In this document: piece by piece, positions 30,652 through 40,822 of the stretch
Layout: the number at the start of each line of letters is the position of its first letter
How positions within the stretch are numbered: the first letter of the stretch is position 1
NCBI GenBank assembly: GCA_019058365.1
Contig: JAHPZE010000014.1
Location: 1-64,000 of the forward strand
DNA from: Promethearchaeota archaeon
GTDB taxonomy: Archaea; Asgardarchaeota; Lokiarchaeia; Sigyniarchaeales; SOKP01
DNA: 64,000 bases
Direction: 5' to 3'
Translations under genes and position numbers: made by a program
The notes under the pieces: model-generated
The model's database searches: none
Seen by the model: the letters and a program-made list of their open reading frames with translations, nothing else
What the model was told of the DNA's origin: nothing

Positions 30652-32805
30652 TTAATCATAATCCATGATAAAATGGACACCATTATCTGATTTTCTGAGA
30701 TATCCCAGAAAACATGCTTGATTGAAATGAACATTAAACTTTCGGTCAAAGATGTCTTCATCTCGAGCGAGTTTTTGAAATTTTCTGTAATCTAACGTTC
30801 CATTCCTACCATAAGTTTTAACTATATTTATCAAGGATTTTATATGTTTATTTAAATAAACCCTTTGCTCAGAAGATTTCTTGGTTCTTCGCTTTTTCAA
30901 TTTTGTTATTTTCTCTTGTAAGAACGGTTTATTAAATTTTATTAAATCTGAGTAAAATGTTATCCCGCAATCTTTAAGTTCTCTATATTCTTCACTATTA
31001 CAAAAATTATCGATTTGAGTAATAATTTCTTCGATAGATCGATTTGCTAAATAGATTTGTTCTAAATCTTTTCTTTCTCTAAAATTTTTAGTAAATTGTG
31101 AGTCGATAACTTGATCAGTCTGGTTAGAGAAATCAATATTTTTGCGTTCTAAAGAGTCTTTTAATGTTAATTTCTCAGGATCAGATAAAACTGAGTTCAT
31201 TGAATGTTCTTTTCGTCTAGCAACAATGTGAAATGGAACGTCAACAGTTTCTTCAGTAACTAGTATATAACATCTTCCTGGGGTATATCTCCCAGTTCTT
31301 CCTCGTCTTTGGATTAATCTGATTTCTGAGGGGACAGGTTCAAAAAAGATAATAGCATCCACATTTGGGATATCTAATCCTTCTTCAGCGACACTTGTGG
31401 CAATTAATATATTTATATTTCCTTCTCTAAATTTTTGTAATATTTCTATTTGTACACTCTGGGGAAATCCGTAATCTTCTTTTTTGGTTGCTTGACCAAT
31501 GAATTTTTCAATTTTCAGTTGTTCATTAAATTCTCTTTGTAGCTTATTCTTAAGAAGTTCTGCCATTTCCCGGTATTGCGTAAAGATCAGAATCTTTTTG
31601 TTACTAAATTCTTCAATTTCTTCTTTAATAATGGAAGTAATCTTTTTTAATTTAGGATGAGATAGATGAATCTGTTCTTCATTTTCAATTACAGAATTGA
31701 TGTGAATAAAATGCTCTGAATTTACAATTCTTTTAGCGGATAAGATATCTTCATTTGCTTTATATTTAATTTTATCTAAGAAGGTTTTAAAGAGAGATAT
31801 ATCTTGTGTTTCTAATAAATCTTTAGCATGAAGTATGGATATGCAACTTGAACAATATGAGTATACAGAAGGGATATCAAGTTGATTTTCTTTAACAATA
31901 TCTATAATTTTTGGAGATTTATAATATAAGCATTCTAAATATTCATCTTCAGATAAATCAAACTTATTACCTTTTTCATAATGTATAGAAAATGTTAAAT
32001 CACGAGAGATTCCTAAAAAATCTAATTTTGAATAAAATGGCTTATTTGGGGGAATTAAGTTATTCTTTATAAAAAATCTTAAATAATTTTCGAATAAATT
32101 GTACCAAACAGCACTTAATTCCCTCAATTTAATAGGTAAATCAATTAAATTGATAAATGTATCGATGTCATAAATATAATCTTTTACATCTTTATCCAGA
32201 TAAGTTTTAAAAACAATATTCTCTATATATAAATTGTTACATATCTGCTGAATACGTTCATAATCCTTCCCTGGTGAAGCCGTTAATCCTAGGATTAAAG
32301 GATCTGTACAAGTACTAATATATTCTTCTGAAATAAAATTATACGCATAATTGCCTTTAGTTTTATGAGCTTCATCGAATATTATTAATGATACTTGACT
32401 TAATTCGTATCTACCTCTCATCAAATCATTTTTAATTACTTGAGGTGTAGATACTATAATTCTTGAGCTTTGAAAGGATAAAACTCTTTTTTCTGGACTT
32501 GTTTTCCCGGTAAATGAAGTAATTTCTTCTAACTCAATATCAAGGAACTTCTCACATGAAGCTCTATGTTGTGAAACTAACGGTCGTGTAGGAGCAAGAA
32601 CAACAATTTTTGCTCTTGGATATTTTTTCAGACAATTAGACACTAATAAAATACCAATTATTGTTTTTCCTAAACCTGTTGGTAAAACCACTAAAGAATT
32701 TTTATTTTTACAGCTATTAACAATATTATTTTGATAATCTCTCCAAATAATTTGATCTTTTTTTAAGAATGGTCCATTCAAATATTGCTTAGGCTCTTTA
32801 GGCAT
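30652..32805 (-). CDS. hef: Hef/FANCM-like SF2 DNA helicase
   Basis: RDYQ, LPTGLGKT, DEAH, LTASPG, ATSVAEEGLDIP, QRRGRTGR. Confidence 0.88.
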   Translation of the reverse strand: MPKEPKQYLNGPFLKKDQIIWRDYQNNIVNSCKNKNSLVVLPTGLGKTIIGILLVSNCLKKYPRAKIVVLAPTRPLVSQHRASCEKFLDIELEEITSFTGKTSPEKRVLSFQSSRIIVSTPQVIKNDLMRGRYELSQVSLIIFDEAHKTKGNYAYNFISEEYISTCTDPLILGLTASPGKDYERIQQICNNLYIENIVFKTYLDKDVKDYIYDIDTFINLIDLPIKLRELSAVWYNLFENYLRFFIKNNLIPPNKPFYSKLDFLGISRDLTFSIHYEKGNKFDLSEDEYLECLYYKSPKIIDIVKENQLDIPSVYSYCSSCISILHAKDLLETQDISLFKTFLDKIKYKANEDILSAKRIVNSEHFIHINSVIENEEQIHLSHPKLKKITSIIKEEIEEFSNKKILIFTQYREMAELLKNKLQREFNEQLKIEKFIGQATKKEDYGFPQSVQIEILQKFREGNINILIATSVAEEGLDIPNVDAIIFFEPVPSEIRLIQRRGRTGRYTPGRCYILVTEETVDVPFHIVARRKEHSMNSVLSDPEKLTLKDSLERKNIDFSNQTDQVIDSQFTKNFRERKDLEQIYLANRSIEEIITQIDNFCNSEEYRELKDCGITFYSDLIKFNKPFLQEKITKLKKRRTKKSSEQRVYLNKHIKSLINIVKTYGRNGTLDYRKFQKLARDEDIFDRKFNVHFNQACFLGYLRKSDNGVHFIMDYD

Positions 32806-32952
32806 ATTAAGAATAACTGCAGATTAATTACTTTTAAAAATAATATCACTGAAAGATTTTTATAATATTATATTCACTTTTGATTAATAGAATCTATTTA
32901 TTAATTTAGAAATAAGGCTAAAAATACCTTATCAATTAAGGATGAGCCAATT

Positions 32953-33987
32953 TTAATCCTTTTCAGCTGGGAAAAATAATATCTTTTTTTTTTTTTCTTG
33001 TCGTTTTATTAAATTCTTTCCTTCTAGCATTTTTAAAGTTAACACAATCCAGCCACGAGCAACTTGATGGAGAAATCTACTATCTTTAGGATAAATAGCT
33101 TTAACTATATCTTTTGGAGAAATTCCATTGTCTGAATTATCATAAATTATATTTAATACCTGTCTTTCTCTCGCTTTTCTATGTGATAATATCTCTGCTA
33201 TCCTTTCTTTAGGATGTTCTATAGGGCTTCCATGGGCAGCAAGTATTAATTTAAGATTAGGCAATTTCTGAATCGTTTCAATAGAGTTTATATAATCTGC
33301 TATATCACAATTTGGAGGTCCAAGCCAAGTAGTTATAGACCTTAGAATGTTATCTCCAGAAAATAAAATACCTTTTTCCTCACTATAAAGAGATATATGG
33401 TCAATAGCATGTCCTGGGGATGGAAAAATTTTCCAAATATCCTCATTTATACTAATTTCTGTGTTTTCATCAAGAATATCTTCTGGATCATCTATGTAAG
33501 AAACACCATATATTCGTTGATAAAACAATTTCGAACCAACATTTCTTAATACATTTATTATTCTTCGAGTTATGTTTTTCCTCACTCTTAGATAATCTTT
33601 GTATGCATCTGTTTCAAAGCTTTTAATGAAACTTTGTTTATCCTTTATAATTTCTGCGCTTTTTTTTGTGAGATAGACTTTTATTCCTAAAGTCTCTCTA
33701 ATTCTTTTTAAACCACTAAAATGATCGGGATGGCAATGAGATACGATGATTCTTGTAAGCTTAAACTCTTTATTTTGTTTTTTATATAATTCTTCTACTT
33801 TTTTTATTTCTGTAATTAAGTGCTTAACAACCTTTTTTGTACCATATCCAGCATCAAAAATGATACCATCTGAACCAGCTAACACATATATATTTTCTGG
33901 AGGTTTTATTGCTCCAGAAGTCCCTTTTTCCTTTATTAGAAAAATACCGGGATAAACTTCTTTCATGCAATTTGTATAATTTTTCAA
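32953..33987 (-). CDS. Metallo-beta-lactamase-fold hydrolase (LACTB2-like)
   Basis: SHCHPDH, PGHAIDH, FSGD, AHG. Confidence 0.85.
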   Translation of the reverse strand: MKNYTNCMKEVYPGIFLIKEKGTSGAIKPPENIYVLAGSDGIIFDAGYGTKKVVKHLITEIKKVEELYKKQNKEFKLTRIIVSHCHPDHFSGLKRIRETLGIKVYLTKKSAEIIKDKQSFIKSFETDAYKDYLRVRKNITRRIINVLRNVGSKLFYQRIYGVSYIDDPEDILDENTEISINEDIWKIFPSPGHAIDHISLYSEEKGILFSGDNILRSITTWLGPPNCDIADYINSIETIQKLPNLKLILAAHGSPIEHPKERIAEILSHRKARERQVLNIIYDNSDNGISPKDIVKAIYPKDSRFLHQVARGWIVLTLKMLEGKNLIKRQEKKKKILFFPAEKD

Positions 33988-34022
33988 AATATTTATTACT
34001 TGGTCTTATAAAGATTATAATT

Positions 34023-34571
34023 ATGCCGTATGCAATTGTTCTTACCTTTGATGAGGAAAGCAGTCTTACAATAACTCAAGTTTTTAAACGGTTTAAAGAC
34101 AAAAAGATTGGTACAATGTTTTTTGAGGAAAAAATAAAACCTCATATAACTTTAACAAATTTTGATAATATTAGCCCGGATATAGTTAAAGAAAGACTTA
34201 TCCTTTTTGGTATTGAAAATAAACCAATTAAAATTCAAATAAGTAGTATTGGATATTTTCCTTCGGAAGAAAGTGTACTTTTTTTAAATCCTAAAACATC
34301 AATAGAGTTATTCAATTTTCAACAAAAAGTTTTTAGACTCTTTAAAGAGTTTGAAACTGAAACTACTCCAACAACATGGATTCCGCATTGTACATTAGGA
34401 AAGTATATTCAAAAGAAAAATCTTGCTAAAGCAATTGATATAATCAAAGAAGAGATCGTAATGACAAGAGAAAAACCTTTTTACATCACTGGTGAAGCAA
34501 TTTCTTTTGTTAAATTTGAAAGAGATCCTCCGAAGATTGATTGGTGGCTAGATTATAAGCTTACAGAATGA
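34023..34571 (+). CDS. 2H phosphoesterase / 2'-5' RNA ligase-like protein (start placed at MPYAI)
   Basis: Two HxT motifs: PHITL and PHCTL. Confidence 0.82.
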   Translation: MPYAIVLTFDEESSLTITQVFKRFKDKKIGTMFFEEKIKPHITLTNFDNISPDIVKERLILFGIENKPIKIQISSIGYFPSEESVLFLNPKTSIELFNFQQKVFRLFKEFETETTPTTWIPHCTLGKYIQKKNLAKAIDIIKEEIVMTREKPFYITGEAISFVKFERDPPKIDWWLDYKLTE

Positions 34572-34687
34572 AGCTATGCACAATACAGAAAAATTTTATT
34601 GGATTAACTCTAATTCGTGTATATTTAAATTATAGAGTTTCTTTTTTTACTTTATAAATAATTCGATAAAATAACTGATAAACTATA

Positions 34688-35098
34688 ATGTATTGTACTA
34701 ATTGTGGTTCAGAAATACCTGACGAGGCAAAGTTTTGTCCTTTTTGTGCAAAACCAATTGGTAGTTCCAGTAGCCCTCCTATTCAACCAATACCACCAAC
34801 ACAAGCACCATATCAAGCAACCCCTTATACCCCTTCAAAACCAAAAAAAACTACAGGTGGAGCTGCAGTTGCAGTTCTTCTTGTTGTAGTAGTCGGAATT
34901 ATATTAATTTTTTTTGGAACACAGATAATGTTTGGAACACCCACTACAGGAATAAGCTTACTTATCATAGGTGCTGTTATGATTTGTTGCATAAGTTCTA
35001 CTGTATGTGGATCTGGAAAACATCGAGGAGGATCATGTGGTGGTGGGGGAGGGTGTGATTGTAGTGGTTGCGATTGTGGCGATTGTGATTGTTCATAA
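34688..35098 (+). CDS. Zinc-ribbon membrane protein with Cys-rich C-terminal tail
   Basis: CTNCG...CPFC, Pro-rich linker, two TMs, GCDCSGCDCGDCDCS tail. Confidence 0.75.
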   Translation: MYCTNCGSEIPDEAKFCPFCAKPIGSSSSPPIQPIPPTQAPYQATPYTPSKPKKTTGGAAVAVLLVVVVGIILIFFGTQIMFGTPTTGISLLIIGAVMICCISSTVCGSGKHRGGSCGGGGGCDCSGCDCGDCDCS

Positions 35099-35188
35099 TT
35101 ATATATTTCCCAGTAATTAAGAGAAACCAATCTCTATTTTGCAGTTAAATTATCATTCGATTATTCACGATTAAAATTAAACAGAAAG

Positions 35189-35698
35189 ATGCATAACCAA
35201 AAAAAAGAGATTCAAGAGGAAAAGAAGATAATAATCAGTTGGTTAGCACATCATAATCCAAATCGTCTAGATTTCAATGATCATGTATTTTATTTATTTA
35301 ACCATGCAATTTGTATAGGATGTTTTTCTTTTGGCTTAGGTGCCATAGTCGCTTTAATATTTTGCAATATATTTTATTTTTACATAATAAATTTTATTAG
35401 TTTGCCGATAATTTTCATGATTTTTTTGTTTTGCTGGATCCCTTCAATTTTGCAATATTCAATTCAAATTGCACAAAATAAACCTTTTAAAAATCGAAAA
35501 ATCAAATTTCTGTGTCGTTTTCTTTATCCGATTGGGAGTATCATACTTATATTTAAAACGCCATTTTGGGGGCTATGTATTTCAATTGCTGCTGGTTATA
35601 TGATTATAGTTATTAGAAAGATATTTTATAAAAATAAAACATTACTCTCAAAACGTAATCTTAGAAATAAAGAAATAAATTCTGCTCAGGAAATTTAA
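35189..35698 (+). CDS. Membrane protein (DUF2085-like)
   Basis: AHH...AICIGC motif followed by four TM helices. Confidence 0.5.
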   Translation: MHNQKKEIQEEKKIIISWLAHHNPNRLDFNDHVFYLFNHAICIGCFSFGLGAIVALIFCNIFYFYIINFISLPIIFMIFLFCWIPSILQYSIQIAQNKPFKNRKIKFLCRFLYPIGSIILIFKTPFWGLCISIAAGYMIIVIRKIFYKNKTLLSKRNLRNKEINSAQEI

Positions 35699-35773
35699 AT
35701 ATATCCAAAAGAGCTAAGAGAAGGAACTATAAAAAAAAAGAAAAGATAGATTTAATAAATTTTTCTATTACCT

Positions 35774-35983
35774 TTAGAAGTATTTAATTGCTAAAAGAAT
35801 GTCATCCCGAGTTATTTTCTTGCGTTTAGCGTGTTTCGTTAAGGATAAAGCAGTTTTTGTAATTTTGGTAGCAGAAGTACTCATCCAATCAACTAATTCA
35901 TCTACTGCATCACGGGCAACGATAAGGGCACCATTGTGTTTCATTAATCTTCTAATAGGACTCCAACTAATATATTCTGACAT
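35774..35983 (-). CDS. Archaeal histone (HMf-type, tailless)
   Basis: SPIRRLMK..GA..VARDA...HAKRKKITRDDI histone fold; GGAGG SD upstream. Confidence 0.92.
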   Translation of the reverse strand: MSEYISWSPIRRLMKHNGALIVARDAVDELVDWMSTSATKITKTALSLTKHAKRKKITRDDILLAIKYF

Positions 35984-36544
35984 AATAATTTTCCTCCACG
36001 TTTTTTTATTTTTGGTTAATTTAGTTAACCAATTCTTATTTTTGGTTTTAAGTTTAAGTTTAAGTTTTTGATTAAATTAAATTAACTATATATACAAAGA
36101 TCTTTTATATATTTAAAGATTTTTATTCATATCTAGTGTAATAGGAAAAAAAATTAAAAAAGATCAAACGACAAAATTCGAAATTATAAAAATAATCAAT
36201 CTCGTGTAAGTTAGAACATTTTTATGGAATTTCGATTTTTGTTGAAATTTGAGAACATATAATATTATTTCCTATCTGTAGTTTGTTAAAAAATTAATAA
36301 AGATGAAATTGGAAAGGATAGGGAAAATTTATTCAAATTGTGAAACGTTATACTAATAAATTTTTGAAGATTTGCTATATGATGTTTTTTAAAAATTGAG
36401 AGCAAATTAGTCATTAAAATTAAATTTTTTAATAATATTTATAATAAAAAAGATTTAACTCAATTTAAACCATGACAACTTAATTGATTTTAAATTGAAA
36501 AGAAAAATCCAATTACCTATTTCCAATTTGCAGTTAAAATAATA

Positions 36545-36988
36545 TCAATATCTTGGTAATTCTTTGGTCTCTTGATAATAGGATTCAATACCTATTTTTT
36601 TTATTCGATTATTGATTTGTGTCCATCTTCGCTTAAGATGGGAATCAAAATTAGTTTTTTCACACGGAAACTCATCACATTGAAAACAATAATCAATTCC
36701 TTTATTTTTATAGCAATCCCTTACTCCACAGTCAGGATATAAGCATGAACCTTTCCTACACCCCGGACAGTTCTCTTTTGTTAAATATGTGAGTAACGCC
36801 TTGAAAGAAGGGTATTCTTTAAATATAGGAAGAAATGAGGAGAATCTTTCAGCGTATATATCGAATGACCCTAAGAAATTTTGAAGCTTTATACTAGTTT
36901 TTCTTATTCCTCCTTCAGAGTTGGCAAAGTATTTAGAACAATTAAGACCACATGGAGCAATTTTATTTAATATATCTTTATATTCCAT
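36545..36988 (-). CDS. DUF3795-like Cys-rich protein
   Basis: APCGLNC, CPGCR, C..RDC, YCFQCDEFPC. Confidence 0.75.
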   Translation of the reverse strand: MEYKDILNKIAPCGLNCSKYFANSEGGIRKTSIKLQNFLGSFDIYAERFSSFLPIFKEYPSFKALLTYLTKENCPGCRKGSCLYPDCGVRDCYKNKGIDYCFQCDEFPCEKTNFDSHLKRRWTQINNRIKKIGIESYYQETKELPRY

Positions 36989-36997
36989 TTTTATACC

Positions 36998-38416
36998 TTA
37001 TTTCATGTTTTTTCTTATTTTATAGCGTTCTTTTTTACTTAAAACAAAACTTCTTAACCTGCTAGCAGTATAATCCTTTAAATCATTGATCATCCGAATA
37101 ACTGCTCGAGTGAGAGGTTGATAACTTTCTTGGTGGATTTGATCTAACGTATCGGCAGTATCAAATAAATATGGAGGAGCTGTTAAAAATGATATGAAAG
37201 GAATTCCTTCTAGATGATAAAAGCCCCCATCTGTAGGAGGGTTGTCTCTTCCAGGAGGAAATCCATCAGGGGGTAGTAAAATAGAGCGTTGTAAGTTTTC
37301 ATGTATTATAGCATCTTCAACAATTTCTTCGAGAGGTAATATTCGACTTACAAACCACCAACGTACGGTAGGATCATCTAATGGAACTAATTTTCCGTTT
37401 TCACTTTTTACGTCGCGAGCAACGTGTTCTAAATGAATCCCAACAACCACCTTGTTCAAAAATTCTTTATTTTTTTCTACAAAAGTTAATGCCCCTTTTC
37501 CTCCAGCCATATGTGCACAATTCATTAGAAATAATAAATTGAATGGACGCTGTTCTTTAGGAATTTGAGACCAATATTTTGTTTGAGCCAGTACTAATGT
37601 CATTCCTGATGCATCCTCTACTGCGGAGTTCCAGGGGCCATCATGGTGAGTACCTATAATAATCCATTCGTCAGACATTCCTTCTAAAGAGCCTGTAATG
37701 TTATGGGAAATAGCCTCAGATATTGTAGCTTTATATGACAATCTAGCTCTCACTGTGCCTTTTTTAATTAATTCTAATATTATATTTCCGTTATTTCGAC
37801 TAACGTAAACCCCTGGGATATCTCTTTCAACAGCATCATAAGGAACATAGTACTTATCTGTTTCCCAAGGGTAACCTGAGAGAATTCCAATAAATCCAGC
37901 TAGATTGTCTCTCAATTTAGGTTCTAAGAATGCACGCATTTTATAATCAAAAGGAACTGTTTGGTCTAAATTATCAAATTCATTCTTAGGATCATAAAAT
38001 CGATCTATCCCAGATAAAGATTTTAATGTCTTGATGGGAAACGTAAGTAAATTTAATTCTGAAACAGCAATCTTACCTGATATTAACATGTTGTCTGAAA
38101 CCATGCATAATTCTGCTTCGAGATCGTGTACTGGTGTAGTATAAGGTATAGGGAAACAAGGTATATCATACATATCGTTAGGACTATCAACCAGCCAAAC
38201 TTTAAGTTTGGTTTCATTAGCTTCCCATTTTTTTACTTCTACAGGATCAAGAGTAATGTCTTGTAAACCCATTCTTTCAAATTGCTTTTTCACCCAATTT
38301 TCTGCCCAATAATCAGCAGGGTAGCCTGGACGTCGAATACCTTGTTTGAATATTTTTGAAGTCCAACTCATCATTTCTGCCGTTGAAGGCACTAATTCCT
38401 TTTTCAATGAACTCAT
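36998..38416 (-). CDS. M28-family metallopeptidase with PA-like insert
   Basis: IIIGTHHD, EDASG, HLEH, PTDG. Confidence 0.78.
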   Translation of the reverse strand: MSSLKKELVPSTAEMMSWTSKIFKQGIRRPGYPADYWAENWVKKQFERMGLQDITLDPVEVKKWEANETKLKVWLVDSPNDMYDIPCFPIPYTTPVHDLEAELCMVSDNMLISGKIAVSELNLLTFPIKTLKSLSGIDRFYDPKNEFDNLDQTVPFDYKMRAFLEPKLRDNLAGFIGILSGYPWETDKYYVPYDAVERDIPGVYVSRNNGNIILELIKKGTVRARLSYKATISEAISHNITGSLEGMSDEWIIIGTHHDGPWNSAVEDASGMTLVLAQTKYWSQIPKEQRPFNLLFLMNCAHMAGGKGALTFVEKNKEFLNKVVVGIHLEHVARDVKSENGKLVPLDDPTVRWWFVSRILPLEEIVEDAIIHENLQRSILLPPDGFPPGRDNPPTDGGFYHLEGIPFISFLTAPPYLFDTADTLDQIHQESYQPLTRAVIRMINDLKDYTASRLRSFVLSKKERYKIRKNMK

Positions 38417-38493
38417 GATTTTTACTTTTATTAAGAAGAAGTCAAATATACAAATTTAGAATAATATAAATTAAATAAATTTGAGTATTTATT

Positions 38494-39492
38494 TTAATAA
38501 TCTTGCCAAACGATTTGTTCGTTATTACATTTACTACATACAATTGAATTTCCTTGATTTGGAAAATAAGGGAGAATTGCTCCACAATACCGGCACTCTA
38601 AATCAAAAATTTGATCTTTTGATTTTATTATCCCTTTCGATAAAATTGCTTCTTTAAACTCATTTGAGAGCAAAGTTAAAAAAGAGACTAAGAGATAATG
38701 ATTAAAAGAACTAGCTATTATTTCCACTTTATTCGAAGAAATTTGCCCAATCGCGAGGATATCTTCTTTTATGATAGATTCAGTTCCAAAATACCACAAA
38801 ATTTTTTTCTCTACATCCTTAGCGACTAACTGAAAATTATTAAGTAAAAAGATTTGTTCTAAAAGATTAAAATAAATTTCAGAATCAATCATGTGTTCAA
38901 TCCCTACACCCAAACTCTTAATTGCTTTTTTAATTCCAGGGGTTTGAGAGAAATCTCTAATGAAACTAGAGGGAACCACCTTAGGTTCAATAGATATATT
39001 ATCAATGGTTATTTCTGCAGGTCTACTATCAAGAACTCGTATAGTATCCTTATTATTAACATATGTAATAATTGTTCTTATTTCTCCTTTCCTATCTAAA
39101 GCATTTGGTAAAAGGTGTAAATGGACTTGCTTATTACTTTTCTCATTTAATTCATCGAACTCTAGAGTTAATTGATTAGAATCTTTATTAGGAATCAAGC
39201 TAGGAAGACTATTCATAGGGGGGTAACACCTTGAAAGTGTTAAGAAATGAGGAATTTTTACTTTAATTTTTAATTCTGTTATGGGGGCTAAACTTTGGTT
39301 ATCTATAATTATTGAGTATTGAAAATGACTTCCAAATGGTTGAAAATTGTTAGCAAGTTTGATTTTGTCTTCTTGGTCAATCTTTTCAAATGAATAGTTA
39401 TGAATCGCCTTTCTATCTTCATCCGTTTTAGTTTTAAAGTAAACTAAATCATGAGGTTCATATGGACTTTTAGCATTCTCTTTTTTAGCCAT
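38494..39492 (-). CDS. Hypothetical protein with beta-sandwich plus platform-like (coat-adaptor appendage-like) domains and C-terminal zinc ribbon
   Basis: Alternating beta-strand pattern, IEPKVVPSSFIRDF junction, CRYCG...CSKC. Confidence 0.45.
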   Translation of the reverse strand: MAKKENAKSPYEPHDLVYFKTKTDEDRKAIHNYSFEKIDQEDKIKLANNFQPFGSHFQYSIIIDNQSLAPITELKIKVKIPHFLTLSRCYPPMNSLPSLIPNKDSNQLTLEFDELNEKSNKQVHLHLLPNALDRKGEIRTIITYVNNKDTIRVLDSRPAEITIDNISIEPKVVPSSFIRDFSQTPGIKKAIKSLGVGIEHMIDSEIYFNLLEQIFLLNNFQLVAKDVEKKILWYFGTESIIKEDILAIGQISSNKVEIIASSFNHYLLVSFLTLLSNEFKEAILSKGIIKSKDQIFDLECRYCGAILPYFPNQGNSIVCSKCNNEQIVWQDY

Positions 39493-39609
39493 TTTATTTT
39501 ACAAAAATTTCAATTTATGGATATCTTATTCGAATTTTCGGGATTTAGATAATTAATAAAATTACATTCTGATTTATATCTTTTTTTTTCTTATATTAAT
39601 TAATTATAC

Positions 39610-40296
39610 TTGAGTGTAACAATGTTTGAAGAATTAGAAACATTATTTGAGAGCCCTACGATTAAACCTTCATTTGAGACCGTCCATGTTATTTTAGCTT
39701 TATTCATATTTGAGGATAATAAGGACGGAATTGGTAGATATCGCTTACAAAAAGAATTGTTAATTGGTTCCGGTACAGCAAGATCTCTTATCAAAAAATT
39801 GAATCATGTTACAAAATTTATTAGGGTCTTAACTGATGAAAATAAAAGAAAAGGTCATATTCTCACTAAAAGTGGTTTTGAATTTTTGAAAAAGCTAAAA
39901 CAAAAAATCCTACTAATAGAGGAAGGGGAACCATCGATACTTAAAGATATAATTATCAAACCAGAAGGAAATCATATTTTTTTTTGTTTAGTACGGGAGG
40001 CAATTGAAAAAATATCAAACGGTATTGAACAAAGAGATGCAGCTATAAAAATTGGGGGTGTTGGAGCAACTTGTTTACTCTTTAACGGTAAAAATTTAAT
40101 TTTCCCTTCTCTTAGTTATGATTATGATGAAAAAGGACAAGAAAGAGTTGATGAGGAGATATTTGAGTACATTTACACCCTTATTAAAAAGAATAATTAC
40201 AATTTAAAAGAAAATGATGTTATCATAATAGGTTTAGGTAAAAATCCAGAAAAAGCACGCTTAGCTGCATTAAATGCTGCTTTAACAATATTATAA
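39610..40296 (+). CDS. Winged-HTH protein (DUF4443-like)
   Basis: GIGRYRLQKELLIGSGTARSLIKKL; GIEQRDAAIKIG. Confidence 0.7.
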   Translation: MSVTMFEELETLFESPTIKPSFETVHVILALFIFEDNKDGIGRYRLQKELLIGSGTARSLIKKLNHVTKFIRVLTDENKRKGHILTKSGFEFLKKLKQKILLIEEGEPSILKDIIIKPEGNHIFFCLVREAIEKISNGIEQRDAAIKIGGVGATCLLFNGKNLIFPSLSYDYDEKGQERVDEEIFEYIYTLIKKNNYNLKENDVIIIGLGKNPEKARLAALNAALTIL

Positions 40297-40320
40297 TATT
40301 AGGGGTTAGATATATATCAC

Positions 40321-40806
40321 GTGAGATTTGAGAAAGATATAATCCTATTTATTAATAAAAATCTTTTTGAGGAAATAAAACTTTGTGTTGAGAAAGCTTC
40401 CCCTAATGAAGCTTGTGGATTAATTTTTGGTAAAATTCAAGAACAACAAAAACCAAATAGCGAAGATGAATATTCTTATTATTATTATGGTTATAAATTT
40501 GAGTGTATTGAATCTTCATATAAAAGTCCAATTGCATTTTTAATGGATGATTATATGAAATTAATAGATATTTCTAAAAAATATTCTAAAAATTTTCAAC
40601 TCCTAAGTATTTTTCATTCTCATCCTGGAAGTGCTTATCCAAGTGGTGTAGATATACCATATATGAAAAAATATTATGAAAGCGGTATTAATAAGTTTAA
40701 ACATTTAATTTGGACTATTATTAATGCTAAAAGTAAAGAACTAAATGGGTATATATTTATTTTAAATGAACTTAAACAAATTTCAGTTCAATTTAAAGAA
40801 AATTGA
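40321..40806 (+). CDS. JAB/MPN+ (JAMM) metalloprotease
   Basis: PNEACGLIFG and HSHP....PSGVD. Confidence 0.88.
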   Translation: MRFEKDIILFINKNLFEEIKLCVEKASPNEACGLIFGKIQEQQKPNSEDEYSYYYYGYKFECIESSYKSPIAFLMDDYMKLIDISKKYSKNFQLLSIFHSHPGSAYPSGVDIPYMKKYYESGINKFKHLIWTIINAKSKELNGYIFILNELKQISVQFKEN

Positions 40807-40822
40807 TATTAAAAGAAGCAAT

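Noticed and set aside
35984-36544. Long AT-rich intergenic region upstream of the histone gene (with short TTTAAG repeats) as an ncRNA or replication origin
   Set aside because: No GC-rich stems, ORB-like repeats or adjacent cdc6/orc gene were visible.
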